From Eledone cirrhosa (lineage: Eukaryota), in the NCBI GenBank assembly GCA_964016885.1, contig OZ024743.1:294438001-294502000 (forward strand): a DNA stretch of 64,000 nt, written 5' to 3'. The notes under the pieces are model-generated. The model had not been told where the DNA came from. It saw nothing but the letters and a program-made list of their open reading frames with translations, and searched no databases. The position numbers and the translations under genes are program-made. This document shows positions 12,853-27,218 of the stretch, in pieces. Numbering within the stretch: the first letter of the stretch is position 1; every line of letters starts with the position of its first letter.

Positions 12853-12856
<4 letters not shown>
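12761..12856. repeat. ~95 bp foldback of H10 terminus between (TA)n tracts
   Basis: atgggagaaagtaagaccccgacggc...gccgtcggggtcatactttctcccat. Confidence 0.8.
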
Positions 12857-12914
<58 letters not shown>

Positions 12915-12932
12915 GCAAACTTCAGCACTCTC

Positions 12933-13858
<926 letters not shown>

Positions 13859-13934
13859 AAGGAAAACAGTCAAGATAAATGAATAAAAATAATGAAATAA
13901 ATACAACGAACAAGTTCTTTATATTAAAAAATTC

Positions 13935-14066
13935 ATCATTTTACGATCGTTTCTGGGATGTATATGTGTGTTGGTATGTATATCATATAGATCTATATAA
14001 AAATATTACAAATCATCAGAGGAAATATATATACCTTCACATATACATGCCGTCCTCAGAAATGAT
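13935..14066 (-). ncRNA. Type I hammerhead ribozyme with very long stem II (H8)
   Basis: atcattt-CTGAGGA-cggc atgtatatgtg...cacatatacat ccca-GAAA-CGATCG-TA-aaatgat. Stem III is the palindrome ACGATCGT. Confidence 0.8.
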
Positions 14067-14744
14067 TTCAGCAAATCAGAGACCAAAATGTCCGCCAGAT
14101 AACCCTGAGTAACCATCTAGCCACATGGGGTCAGAGAATAATTATAATATTTCCATTCTACAAATTACATAGCCCAAGTGAAATCAAGAGAAAAATCAAA
14201 GAAAATAATTTTATTGATAAATTTCAACCCAAGCTAAATGAACAATAATAACTATGACGAAGACCATGTCGACTACTACCACTAACAACAACAACAACAA
14301 TAATAATAATTAAACTGATGTTGATGATTACTAGAAAATGCTATTTTCATCATTTCTAAAAATAGGGTCAAATAGTAGTCGTAAGACATGCTCAACCAAC
14401 CGTGACGCCTAAACCAATCAGCTTTAGTAATCAGAAAAAAACTACACAGCGACTGGTCGAAACACAGTTTGCACAATTTAGCATTCTGTAGCCGCTTTTC
14501 ACTGTATATAAGGCACAAATTTTACCCATCTCATTACAGTTGAAGATTGCAAACTTGACTTGTCACCACACATTATGAACCTGAAGATTGCGAAAGAATG
14601 AAAGTACTTGTTCAATTAACACTTAACATTTAATATTCTACCATACTATTCCATTCTAATACCATTATCAATTTTAAAGGATTGTAAATAAAACGAGTAA
14701 ATCAGACAAAGTTGGAATTCCTTTTGTTAATATAATCTTCTATA

Positions 14745-15515
14745 AAAATAACAGATTAAAGTTTAAGCAAAGAATCGCTGCTTTCACCCTTAACGGTATC
14801 TTCTGAAACTAACAAAGTCAATCTGTAAACGCAGAACTGGATATTTTAAAAAACGTTGCAACCGGAGGAAGACAGCAAGACGATACTTTGGTTCGTGGTA
14901 ACGTTCGCTGGCAAAGAACGGGAAAAAACGAATAATACGTCATTAATAGGAGCGGTGAAAAACAATTACGCGCCGTATGCTCGTGTATGTACGTATCTGT
15001 TTGCGTGTATGTATTTATTTGTTTCTATTACTTCTGTATTGTATTTATTTACTTTGTTCTTAACTCTGTAGCGGAGATTCATTTGGTCTCCAAGTTAGAA
15101 TTTTAGTCTACGATTTCTGCTATACCATTTACGTGGTTTTGTCTTTGCGTGCTATTGTTCTCCACGCTCCACATATGACTTATTATCTTCGTTTTTTCGT
15201 TCATTGCCAGAGAACGTCTCTATGCACCAACAAAGAGAACATTAGTCTACGACCTCTTTTATACCATAAACGTGGTTTTGTCTTTGCGCGTAATTGTTTT
15301 TCACCGCTCCTATTAATGACGTATTATTCGTTTTTTCCCGTTCTTTGCCAGCGAACGTTACCACGAACCAAAGTATCGTCTTCCTGTCTTCCTCCGGTTG
15401 CAACGTATTTTGAAATATCCAGTTCTGCGTTTACAGATTGACTTTGTTAGTTTCAGAAGATCCCGTTAAGGGTGAAAGCAGCGATTCTTTGCTTAAACTT
15501 TAATCTGTTATTTTA

Positions 15516-15518
<3 letters not shown>
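14745..15518. mobile_element. Element with ~225 bp inverted arms (H2); MITE-like appearance, probably inverted PLE termini
   Basis: 14745-14972 is the reverse complement of ~15287-15516. There is an internal ~135 bp direct duplication (15105-15210 / 15243-15355). Confidence 0.85.
15449..15499 (+). ncRNA. HHR-like motif with variant core CAGAAGA (H2); inverted copy at 14760-14810
   Basis: agttt-CAGAAGA-t ccc gttaa ggg t-GAAA-gca gcgattctt tgc-TT-aaact. All three stems form. Confidence 0.65.
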
Positions 15519-15573
<55 letters not shown>

Positions 15574-15622
15574 ATTATATACATAAATATATATATTATA
15601 TGTATATATTATGTATACATAA

Positions 15623-15812
15623 AGGGCGGTGGATTGGCAATATCGGTAGAGGGTCGGACGCCATGCTTTCCAGCATAGTTACGTCCCTTTACGATCTGAG
15701 TTCAAATCCCGCCGAGGTTGACTTTGCTTTTCATCCTTACGGGGTCGATAAAATAAAGTACCAGTAATGCACTGGGTAATTGCTGGCCTTGTGCCTAAAG
15801 TAGAAACAATTA
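15623..15812 (+). mobile_element. tRNA-derived SINE
   Basis: Full-length family consensus. Confidence 0.9.
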
Positions 15813-15837
15813 TATATACATACATATATATATATAC

Positions 15838-15903
<66 letters not shown>

Positions 15904-15904
<1 letters not shown>

Positions 15905-18472
15905 GTCTCCTTTCCCACCATACCATAAATAGATTTGCAAAATCACCAGCTATGCTGACGCCAATGGCTGCTCCCTCATTAATAAAAGCGTTTCTATACT
16001 ACAACAAATAGATGACGAAACAGAGACACAGTTAGAGGCATAGCTAGAAATAAGCTTAGATAAGTAGTAGACCGATATACTAAGAGACAAAGCAGACCAG
16101 AAATCCAACAACTTGGAAGAAATCCTGTAGAAGGCCTAATTAGCCTCAAGCAGCGCGCAGGGGATGGTGAGATAGTGTGTCTACCTACAGATAAATCTGG
16201 TAGGATGTCAATAGACAACATGCCAAACTTTATCAAGGCTATGCAACCCCTCATCACCAGCACGAGCGAAACAACACAACAAACACACGATGGGAGAGAG
16301 AAGATCCTCAAAGCTCACATGATGATGTGGACTGACATCCTAGAGCCAAGCACACGCACTGCCAACAAATTCCAAGTGTCTAACAATGACAAACGACACT
16401 TGTATGGGCTCCACAAACACCATCATACAGCCCATGACCCGACGACAGGACCACCAACAAGACCTGTATGCGGAGCCAATATTGTTAGCAACTATAGAAT
16501 CTTCTACTTCCTCTCGATGGTTATACGCCCCATAGTTAATATATCCCCAGATGTATGTGACAGTACAGACGAGCTCCTCAGCACAATCAATGAGTGCAAC
16601 AAACACAACAACTTATCTAACTGCATAATAGGCAGTATGGATGTAATATCACTGTACCCATCCATTAACATTGATTTTGCCGTGGAAAAATGTGTGGAAA
16701 TAATCAGTGAGAGCGAGGTGGAGTTCTGCGACATTGACACAGATGAACTGGGCCTCCTCCTTAGACTTACTTATGACACCGAGTACCTAGATAACCATGA
16801 CCTTAGCTGTTTCTACCCCAGTAGATCCATAAGAGGTAGAACCTCCATCATAACCTGAATGGCTAAAAAGACTCCCATGGGAAGATGGAATGGATGGACC
16901 AAAGCGATACGGACACTCAAAAACAATGATCAGATGAGAAAAATGGTCGCACATGCAATAGGGGCTAGTATTAAAACTACCCTAAAGGGCCATATGTTTA
17001 AATTCAATGAAAAGATCTACACCCAGAATGATGGAGCAGCCATTGGCGTCAGCATAGCTGGTGATTCTGACTATCTATTTATGGTATGGGGGAAAGGAGA
17101 CTCAAAGATCTCTTTGAAGAGAGCTCCTTATACCTCCTCATGTACTCTCGTTACGTAGACGATATTAATATAGTAATAAGGACACCCCCACAAGGGAGTA
17201 CAAAGGAGCATGATGTAGAATATAGCACACTGGAAAGCATCCAGCAGATAGCTAACTCTATACACCAGAGTGTTACTGTAATTGTTCACTACCCTTCCAA
17301 ACACCCTAACAATAGACTACCAGTATTAGACACGGAACTCTGGATTAACACTATAATCGAGAGGGCCTACATTTTCCACTCACACTACGCTAAACCGAGG
17401 GCCTCCAAATGCCTGATACTCAAAAACTCAGCAATGTCCAGTAGTGCTAAGTTTAATATTCTGATCATCGACTCGGTACGCGTGATGAAGAACGTTTCTC
17501 GCATGTGCGACCCAACTGAAATGGAAAGACACATCCAACACTTCATCAACTGCATGCAGTTATCTAGCTACAACAAACGAGATAGAATCATAATAGACAA
17601 AGAAGCCACGGAGAAGTTTAAGACCCTCATAGAAATGGACATGAAAGGAATTTGCTCATTATGCAGGAGCAAATCATGGAATAGCTTAGACTAAACATAA
17701 TATAGAGAAAAACACTTCATGGTACGACAACCAGAGATACCAGAGTGTCATGTTCGTGGATGCTACCTCTGAGGGTAATTTAGCTAACCAATGTAGAAAG
17801 GCCTTAAGAAAGACGCACTTAAAGATTAATGTGGTAGAAAAGCCAAGAACTACCATAAAATCCCTGATCAGCAAAACATACCCCTTTAAGAAAACCCACT
17901 GTACTAATAAGAAATGTGTTATATGTAAAGTGAACCCCCTGGTAAACTGTTAAACTAGAAATGTAGTCTATAGAATAAGATGTACAGAGGTTACTTGCAG
18001 AAACATGACAAGGACATACATAGGTGAGACATCTCAAAGCATAGGAGAAAGAATAGACCAACACCGGGTGAATTAAAAGGACAAAAAAAAAAAACGGTTC
18101 TGTACTATACGAACACGCCAGACAAAGACATGACGGTAATATAGACAACGTAGAAATTAAAATAATATCTAAACATAGAAATGACCCAACAGGTAGGTAA
18201 ATCAGAAAAGCAAGTGAAATAGAGCTTAGAAAGCCAAAGATTAACAGAAAAAACGAATGAAATAACAGCAATGCCCAAACAAACAATACTGACTTAAGGG
18301 AAATATAAATATATAAATAAATATATACACAAGTACAATAACAAACATATATAAACACACACAAGTAGACAAAGATAGAATACAAAAACCAAAACACATA
18401 CACTCAAATGCGAACACACACACCAAACATTATACACACACGCAAACGCATGCGCAGAGATGGAGACAAAAA

Positions 18473-18503
<31 letters not shown>

Positions 18504-18795
18504 AATAAAAATGGCGTAAACATTACAATACAATAGGAGGGAACATGATAATAGTACCACTTATGATGTTGCAGATGTGCAACGAAAGAGCTTTGTTAGA
18601 CTATATATATATATTTATATCTGTATTTTTTACCGTTAGTCTGTCAATGATAAACATTGATTTCTAAATAAATTAACTATGGAGATATAAATGATACGGA
18701 AGCGAAAACCAACCAAACAATATGACCCTCCCTAATTATAAGAATATTTGTTTCGACACACGATTTCATAACAAAAACATTGAAAAAAAAAACAA
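15904..18795 (+). mobile_element. 5'-truncated PLE (lineage A relative), disrupted RT and GIY-YIG
   Basis: LPTDKSG; GPPTRPVCGA; GSMDVISLYPSI; YTQNDGAAIGVSIAG; YSRYVDDI; C..KKCVIC..C..RNVVYRIRC; YIGET. Shared 3' tail atgaccctccc.. at 18722. H5 motif (mutated CTTATGA) at ~18557-18596. Confidence 0.9.
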
Positions 18796-19850
18796 ATATA
18801 TATATGTATTCAAGCACAACTTTTTATGTTTACAACGTACTGATCCACATAAGGTGATTTGGTATATTCAGCGAACGATCAAATGTCAGATAGGTTATTC
18901 GGTTTGGTTAAAGAACGCCAAATTCTGATCCCAAATATAAACCCGATGGGGATAGAGGAATGAGAGGAAGTAAATGTTTTAATATGAAAAGAAATACGTA
19001 ATCAATGATATATGAATTATATATTTCTAGCAGAGTGTTAAACGTTGGTTTTAGTCTTCTCTTTTTCCATTCAACTCTCAGGTATTATGATAAGAAAGAA
19101 TGTTTAATCGATTCCGGAGAATGTACGGAACAGTTGAATACGGTAGAATTTTAATTCAGACTCAAAGGACCCTAACCAAATACAATAGATATTTTTTTTT
19201 TTTTTTTTAGGCAAGGAAACAGATAAAACCTACCACGTGGCCGTTTTCATGCCCTCCGTGGTTGTTGGGTGGGGGTTCAAACTGGAGTAGATTCTGTTAA
19301 AACACCCAATAGTCAGTTAATGGTATCAAACCTGGCTATGGATTAAGTATACTACCTAAGTAAGGAATATCTAATTTTGAACTCAGAATAAAAACAGCCG
19401 AAACAAATACAGCGAGGCGTCTCATTCGACGGACTAATATTCCATCAAGCCATTACCCTGGACTTGTTTATTTTATCGACTCTGAACGAAGAAAGCCAAG
19501 TTGACCGCAATAATATCTGCACTCTGAATGCAGGGATTTGACACTAAAAATGTTGCCAACACACTATCATCCTAGGTACGTTAATTTAATGAAATTAGGC
19601 GTCCAACCAGAAGTCAAATGAAACTGCATTATATTTGAACTCAAGATTTTAGATTTAATGGTTTAATACAACATTAAGGGATTCATTTTGCTTCTAATTT
19701 TCAATTCTAAATAGCCAATTCAAGTTGGATATAAGCCATGTGTAAACAGTTGTTGAGTATTCAATGGCTTATTTCATTTAGATGTAAGTAATTACCATGG
19801 TACGCATCTGCACGCATCCCTTGGCAGTGGAAACAATGTTTAAATGATGG

Positions 19851-20085
19851 CTGATTAGTATTTGTAATCTGGAGGAAGCATGCGTTTGGGGTACAGCGCG
19901 GAAAAAATGCGTTACAACTATTAGTTTAGAAATAAAGGTTAGTAGTTCGTAGCATGAACGGTATTATGTACATACACAGGAATATGTCTGATTAGCATTT
20001 GTAATCCAGAGAAGATATGTATATGTGGCACAGCAGAAAAGAGTGTTACTACTATTAGTTTAGAAATAGAAGTTAGCAGTTCGAA
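19851..20085. repeat. Diverged tandem duplication (~137 bp period)
   Basis: ctgattag.atttgtaatc...actattagtttagaaata.a.gttag.agttcg occurs twice. Confidence 0.7.
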
Positions 20086-20280
20086 TCAAATGCGGTGTTA
20101 AGTACATAATTGGGATTAAACGCACCTGATAGTGATTGGAGATTAAAACAATCAAAACACAGTGTAGATGTAAATATCTTTAAAAGCATGCTTCAGTTCT
20201 AACAATCAGATGAATAATCTGTGATGAGTTCTGATGTCACAGCTCATCTTCTAAGTAAGACTCTCAACATGTAACGTGCA

Positions 20281-20443
20281 TCGGTGGATTGGCAGTATCG
20301 GTAGAGGGTCGGACGCCTTTACGGTCTGAGTTCAAATCCCGCCGAGGTTAACTTTGCCTTTCATCCTTACGGGGTTGATAAAATAAAGTACCAGTAATGT
20401 ACTGGATAATTTATGGCCTTGTGCCAAAAGTGGAAACAATTAT
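20281..20443 (+). mobile_element. tRNA-derived SINE with internal deletion
   Basis: Family consensus, with a deletion between ggacgcc and tttacg. Confidence 0.85.
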
Positions 20444-21770
20444 TTAAAATCTGCTATGAAAAATTTCTCATATTTAACTGCTATGCTTAAGAGCTGTCAT
20501 GTTTGTGATCATGCATTTATATTATCATCGCACAGTATGAGTTGATGGAATCGCAATAAGTGAACAGAATAATGATAATATTTGAAATAATATTCGATTT
20601 TCTATCATACGAGATTATCACCTTTTCAGAAGTATGATAATCAAAAAGAAATGTAGTTGTTTTTATTTATTTGCCTTTCCTACTGCCTGTATCACTATAT
20701 TGCTCTTACTAGTCATCTTTGATAATACAAGTTATAATTCCTGTAATAAAGTCGATTAACAAGATAATTGTTTTTCTTAATTCTATTGACACAGTTTCTT
20801 CCTTGTTGACTTGTCAAATTAACATGTAATTATATTATCAGTCGTTCTCTTGATCTGAGATTTGAGAAGAGAAAATTGAAAAATAAAAGCAAAAGGAAAA
20901 CTATCAAAAATGATGTAACAATAAAATAGAATCATCATCGTTATTATCATTTCCCCATTCTCAAAAACAACAAAAAATCGACAACTAACAGTTTGTTTTG
21001 TATTATTTGTTGTTAATTATTAAGTTAGCTAGCTAGTTATTTCAGACCTGGTGTTCAATTTGAAGCCGATCTTAATAATGGTGTTTTATATTTCTTTTTA
21101 CTTGTACTTAACTTACTGATCAAATAGATTTTAATTAAACGTTAAAAATTAGTCATTTAGAGATTAGAAAGGAACGCTTCCTAGAGATGATTTCGCGAGT
21201 ATTCTCTCTCCAACTGCATTAAAAAATTGAATAAAGGTCAGGCGATCCCATTTCCATCTTACCTAAAAAGAATATATCGATTTTTGTCATTTATGAAACG
21301 AAAACCCAAATGCCATTTATTTCACGAAATAATGAGAAAAAAATTCATTCCTTGATGTTTCCGTAATTAGAATTGCTCACCAAAGGGGATTAACTCTGTA
21401 GAATTCAGCAGAGACAAAAATGAAATTTGTAATATGAATGATATGCTATTTCCACGTTTTGTACAAATTAGACTGGAATAATATAATTAAACTCGGGGAC
21501 CGAATCTAATCTGAGGAATTGCCTCCGCGGAGATTAGAATGTACACATTGCGAGAGCCATTCTATGTCGTTGGCAACAATACAATAAAGATATATACACA
21601 ATCCCTTGCATACTAAGTTCAAAATTCATAGTCAACTATTTGTGTGGTACACATAATCCATGATCCGTCTTAACACCAATTGTCTCTCGTACTTAAACAG
21701 GATAATCTAATATAGATCACCTTTCTCAACAGCACCAATGCAAGGAAATATATTCACAAGCACTTAAACA

Positions 21771-21799
<29 letters not shown>

Positions 21800-21807
<8 letters not shown>

Positions 21808-22745
21808 TAAACGGAATAGAAAATGCTGACAGAGTGTTCACAGTTGAAAAATGGTTTAATTAGGAATAAAAGAGTTTTAGTAATTGTATGGGTTAGTATT
21901 CAGTTGTGGTTTTAAGTTTTTTAAGTTTTTACCGGTTGCGCATTTCTAAATGCTTTTCAAAAATAATTTTGAGATAGAGTGTTCGTGTTGTTTGCTCTGA
22001 TCTGATTACTTTTGGGAATTCTACCTCTTTATATGTTAAAAAAAGTGGCTCCAGCGCTAGTTTGGTGTTGCAAAAATTCTTGTGGTCAAAACAATTTTGA
22101 TTGGTCGGTAGAGGACAACAGAATGAACCAAATCCTACGAACACACGATATCATAAAGAGCAAAAGACAATCCAAGTCAATGAAAAACATCCTAACACAT
22201 GCCAAAGTACTGCCAACCACAACAACGAAACCAACAGTAAATAAATGCGATAGACCCAACTGTGACATTTGCATCAACCTAATAGAGGGTTCAGAATTCT
22301 ATTTCAAAGAAGGACAACGTTTTATAGTAAAACACAATTTCACATGTGCATCGGAAATCTAATATATGTATTAACTTGCTCAGGTTGTCGAGAACAATAC
22401 ATAGGCCAGACCAAAAACAGCCTCCGCCAACGCATGACTGTCCATAGATCCCAAATTAAAATACGGGAATACAGGAAAATACCACTGAGTGTGCCGCCCA
22501 AAATCATCCCAACTTCAGAATCTTTCCCCTCTACAAATTTAAAGATAATGCCACCCACACCCAGCGCATCAGCAAGGAATCTTACTTCATTAACAAATAC
22601 GGACCCCGTTGAAACACTTCTCCCTAAGACGAACTCACAACATACACACGTCACCATACATGCCTACATCAGCACACATCTCTACCCACATATAAACACA
22701 ATGACATACGTAAACACACATGCTCTATGATGCAAAACAAAAAAA

Positions 22746-22803
<58 letters not shown>

Positions 22804-22972
22804 ATATATGTATATATATATATAGTGAATATCATTTCACACCTTTTATCTTTGTTAAGATTTTTGATTTTCTATTAAGAGAACCGATTTTACTGAAAAA
22901 ATCGAATAATGTACACCATTTTACCTGGGGGAAAAAAATACTGGTCCACCCACACACACACACACACATTCT

Positions 22973-23026
<54 letters not shown>

Positions 23027-23210
23027 CATACACACATACACACGCGTACATTAACATACAAAGAGACTTATACACACACACACACACACTTCTCCGTATA
23101 AGACAAAAGCTGAAAAATATCTTTTGACCTGCTAAAATACCCCCACTGCTTACAGACACATTCCTACTGCCCATCCCTGCTACCACGAATTACTCTGCTA
23201 TACACACGCA

Positions 23211-23249
<39 letters not shown>

Positions 23250-23543
23250 CGCCATTTGACACACATCCCTGCTAACCATTATCACAACATCGAACACCTT
23301 ACTACTGCTACACACACACACACATATTTGTTGTGAAAGAGTCATTTCTCAGTCTTGGCGCAAAATCAATTTTTTATTCACATGACCTCTACCGACCAAT
23401 CAAAATTGTTTTGACCACAAGAATTTTTGCAAATACCAAGTATCGCTGGAGCCACTTTTTTAACATAAAAACAGTCTTGGCGCAAAATTAATTTTTTACA
23501 TTCACATGACCTCTACCGACCAATCAAAATTGTTTTGACCACA
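21800..23543 (+). mobile_element. 5'-truncated Neptune-like PLE preceded by inverted pLTR (21800-22115)
   Basis: KCDRPNCDICINL...FTCAS/NLIYVLTCSGCREQYIGQTKNSLRQRMTVHRSQI (GIY-YIG). Highly similar to the reverse complement of 26700-28275. The inverted part matches 26500-26820. Confidence 0.9.
21926..21964 (-). ncRNA. Atypical HHR-like motif (H9: UUGAAAA...GCAA)
   Basis: ttt-TTGAAAA-gcattt ag aaatgc-GCAA-CCGG-TA-aaa, with the palindrome ACCGGT. Second copy at 26614-26650 (-). Confidence 0.5.
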
Positions 23544-23774
23544 GGGTTTGCTGTCTGAAGATATCAGCCAATCTTAACTGCAAGTCTTCAGTATATTATG
23601 CATAACGGAAATTTAAATAAAGCCGAATCAACTGAATACGGTCTCCGATATTTATTAATGTATGATGATCCGTCTTGTACCATTCATACAGGTCGTTGAG
23701 CGCTTCATTTTATCTGTTTCACAACCGGCCGACCATAATGTGATCCACACATCTCTGTTCTGTTAACCCCATAA

Positions 23775-23819
<45 letters not shown>

Positions 23820-23918
23820 ATATATATAAGTATGTATAACAGCCGTACTAAGAGTGACAAATGAAATTTCGTTTCATTTTTCCGTTTCTACAATATATAT
23901 ATATATAATATATATAAA

Positions 23919-24036
<118 letters not shown>

Positions 24037-24408
24037 ATCAGTTGACGGACCCCGCATATTTATCAATGCCAGGGCATGTATCTCAGCGTACTCAATAGGT
24101 AATGTAGGTTACATTCCCAGTTTATACACATAGTTATTCGCTTCAACAGAACACACGTAAAACGGGTGCCTGTAATAGTTCTCTGACTCCTCGAGTTTCG
24201 GCCACACTTTATATATATATATAATAATAAAGAGCCGCGAACCAACAACTGAGCTCTTTCCGTTTCAAAAGATAGTTCCAGAGTTTAGCACTAGCTGTTG
24301 AAAGGCAAGAGCTCAGCCGCTGTGTCCGGACTCTTTATAATATAACATACTCTACTACCCCAAGTATAGAGTAATGCTCTAAACCAACTTCAAACTGATT
24401 CCATCTTG

Positions 24409-24765
<357 letters not shown>

Positions 24766-24777
24766 TATATATATATT

Positions 24778-25125
24778 TTACGGCCCTTTCCATTCTGAGT
24801 TCAAATCCCGCCGAGGTTAACTTTGCCGTTCATTCTTACGGGTTCGATAAAATAAAGTACCAGTAATACACTGGTTAATTGCTGGCGTTGTGCCTAAAGT
24901 AGAAACAATTATCTTTTGTTTGGCAAAAGGCGATGGATTGGCAGTATCGGTAGAGGGGCGGACGCCATGCTTTGAAGCATACAGTTACGGCCCTTGCCAT
25001 TCTGAGTTCAAATCCCGCCGAGATTAACTTTGCCTTTCATCCTTACGGGTCGATAAAATAAAGTACCAGTAATGCACTGGCTAATTGCTGGCCTTGTGCC
25101 AAAAGAAGAAACAATTATCTTTTGT
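24778..25125 (+). mobile_element. Two tandem SINE copies (5'-truncated, then full-length)
   Basis: The second copy is flanked by the duplication ttatcttttgtttggca. Confidence 0.85.
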
Positions 25126-25139
25126 TTGGCACAAAATTC

Positions 25140-25672
25140 TTAAAAAGGCTACAAAATAAATTCCCAAATACGGCGCGATATTTAAAGTACTTGTTCACGT
25201 GACAGTCATAATTTCATTTATAACCAATCAAATTCCATTTATAAAAAGAAAAGCCTTTGTGAGCCACCTTTTTTTAAGTAAAAAGAAATTCAAACACAAA
25301 CTGGCGCGAAAGCTGATGTGCTTATTCACGTAACTGCATAAACCAACCAAACTTCACTCATATATGAAAAGACAACCTGAGCCCCCCCCCTTTATATGAA
25401 TAACTTTGTAACCCGAACTGGCGCCAAATTTATTATACTTATTCACCAACCAACCAAATTACTTCTCTAAAAACCTCGCATTTAGAGCCACATTTTTTTC
25501 CATATAAAACAGAAGTAACATTCAAAGACCAACCAGATGTGAGAAAAACCACAGACCCTCCATCTCAAATGGACTTTAGAAAAGCAGAAAAACTGCGAAA
25601 CAGGTAATGGAACCAAAAAAATTTATATTTAAAAAAAATTACTCGAGTTGCATTTTCGATTTCATCTTTTTT

Positions 25673-25678
<6 letters not shown>
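25140..25678 (+). mobile_element. Diverged Neptune-like pLTR with three ~125 bp modules and an HHR-like motif (25577-25606)
   Basis: Modules ggcgc....ttcac...ccaa.caaa...gagcca resemble 23355-23540. TAGAAAA-gcag aaaaa ctgc-GAAA-CAGG-TA. Confidence 0.6.
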
Positions 25679-25751
<73 letters not shown>

Positions 25752-25847
25752 AATATGTATATATATATGTGTAAGTATATATGTATATATATATGTATGT
25801 ATATATATGTATGCATATATATATGTATGTATATATATGTATATATA

Positions 25848-26149
25848 TAAACAGACAAAATAAAAATGGCGTAGATATACAATACAACAGGAGGAACATA
25901 ATAGTACCACTGATGATGTTGCAGATGTGAAACGAAAGAACTTTGTTAGACTATATATATATATATGTGTTTATATTTAGATTATATCTGCACTCTTGGC
26001 AGTTGGTCAGTCAATGGTACACATTGAGGACCGAATGAATTAAATGTGGAGATATGAAAGATACAGAAGCGAAAACCAACTAAACAGTAAGTGTGTTCTG
26101 TTATTATTTCTGTCAATATTATTACAACAATATGACCCTCCCCAAGTAT

Positions 26150-26158
<9 letters not shown>
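25848..26158 (+). mobile_element. 3' end of lineage A/B PLE with H5 HHR (25907-25946)
   Basis: cca-CTGATGA-t-gttgca gatg tgaaac-GAAA-GAAC-TT-tg. The tail is shared with 10300-10607 and 18500-18750. Confidence 0.8.
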
Positions 26159-26188
<30 letters not shown>

Positions 26189-26191
<3 letters not shown>

Positions 26192-26430
26192 GATAAATCT
26201 ACCAAGAGTTTACGGTAGTGTCCAATCCGTATGAAGAACTCAATGTAATCCGGATATCATGGAAAGAAGAGATGCATTCAAAAATCACTTTCGGTGAAAG
26301 ATAAACGGAATACAGAGTCAAGATAAAATATTAAAAAAATAATGAATAAAACAATGAAACAGTTCCTTATATTGAACTTTTTTTGTTTAATATAAGGAAC
26401 TGTTTCATTGTTTTATTCTTTATTTTTTTA

Positions 26431-26440
<10 letters not shown>
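26189..26440. mobile_element. H8-family terminus with foldback
   Basis: 26189-26375 matches 13746-13925, and 26325-26375 is inverted at 26388-26440. Confidence 0.8.
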
Positions 26441-26460
<20 letters not shown>

Positions 26461-26463
<3 letters not shown>

Positions 26464-26893
26464 TTAAAAGAATAGAGGTGTAACACACGAGTTATGATAT
26501 ATTGGTAAAAGAAAAAGAAAATGCTAACAAATTATTCCCAGTGAAAAATAGTTTAATTAGGAATAAGTAAAAATTAGTAATAAGTATTGGTTAGTATTCA
26601 GTTTTAGTTTTAATTTTTACCGGTTGAGCATTTCTAATGCTTTTCAAAAATAATTTTGAGATAGAGCGCCCGTGATGTTTGCTCTAATCTGATTAGTTTT
26701 GGAAATTCTACCTGTTTCATGTGAAAAAAGTGGCTCCAGATGTATTAAAATAAATTTCGCGCTAATTCGTGTTGCAAAAATTCTTGTGGTCAAAACAATT
26801 TTGATTGGTCGGTAGAGGTCATGTGAATGTTAAAAATTGATTTTGCGCCGAATGTAGGTTTGTCTCGGCTGAAAAATAAGTCTTTTAAGACAA

Positions 26894-26945
<52 letters not shown>

Positions 26946-27186
26946 TAGTAAAGAGGTTCATTGTTGTGATAATGGTTAGTAGGGATGTGTGTGTGAATTG
27001 CAGTCATGTTGACAGGTCAACAGTTCAGGTGCATATTAAGACATATGAGTGTGTGTGTGTGTGTGTGTGTGTGTAGCAGAGTAATTCGTGGTAGAGGGAT
27101 CGGTCAGTAGGAATGTGTCTGTACGTGTGTGGAGGATATTTTAACATGTTAAAAGATATTTTTCAGCTCTTGTCTTATACGGAGAA

Positions 27187-27218
<32 letters not shown>

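Noticed and set aside
15623-15712. tRNA gene
   Set aside because: The A/B boxes belong to the SINE head. There is no cloverleaf, and it is followed by the SINE body and tail.
21503-21540. CTGAGGA flanked by tctaat/attaga pairing
   Set aside because: No GAAA or stem III in the right place, so it is only a hairpin.
23552-23660. CTGAAGA-tatc...gata as a possible long HHR
   Set aside because: The GAAA, stem III and stem I partners could not be found. At most a decayed copy.
26585-26625. Intron signals in the pLTR (GTAAAA donor, TACTAAC branch point on the minus strand)
   Set aside because: The donor is weak and there is no clear acceptor. It cannot be supported without transcripts.
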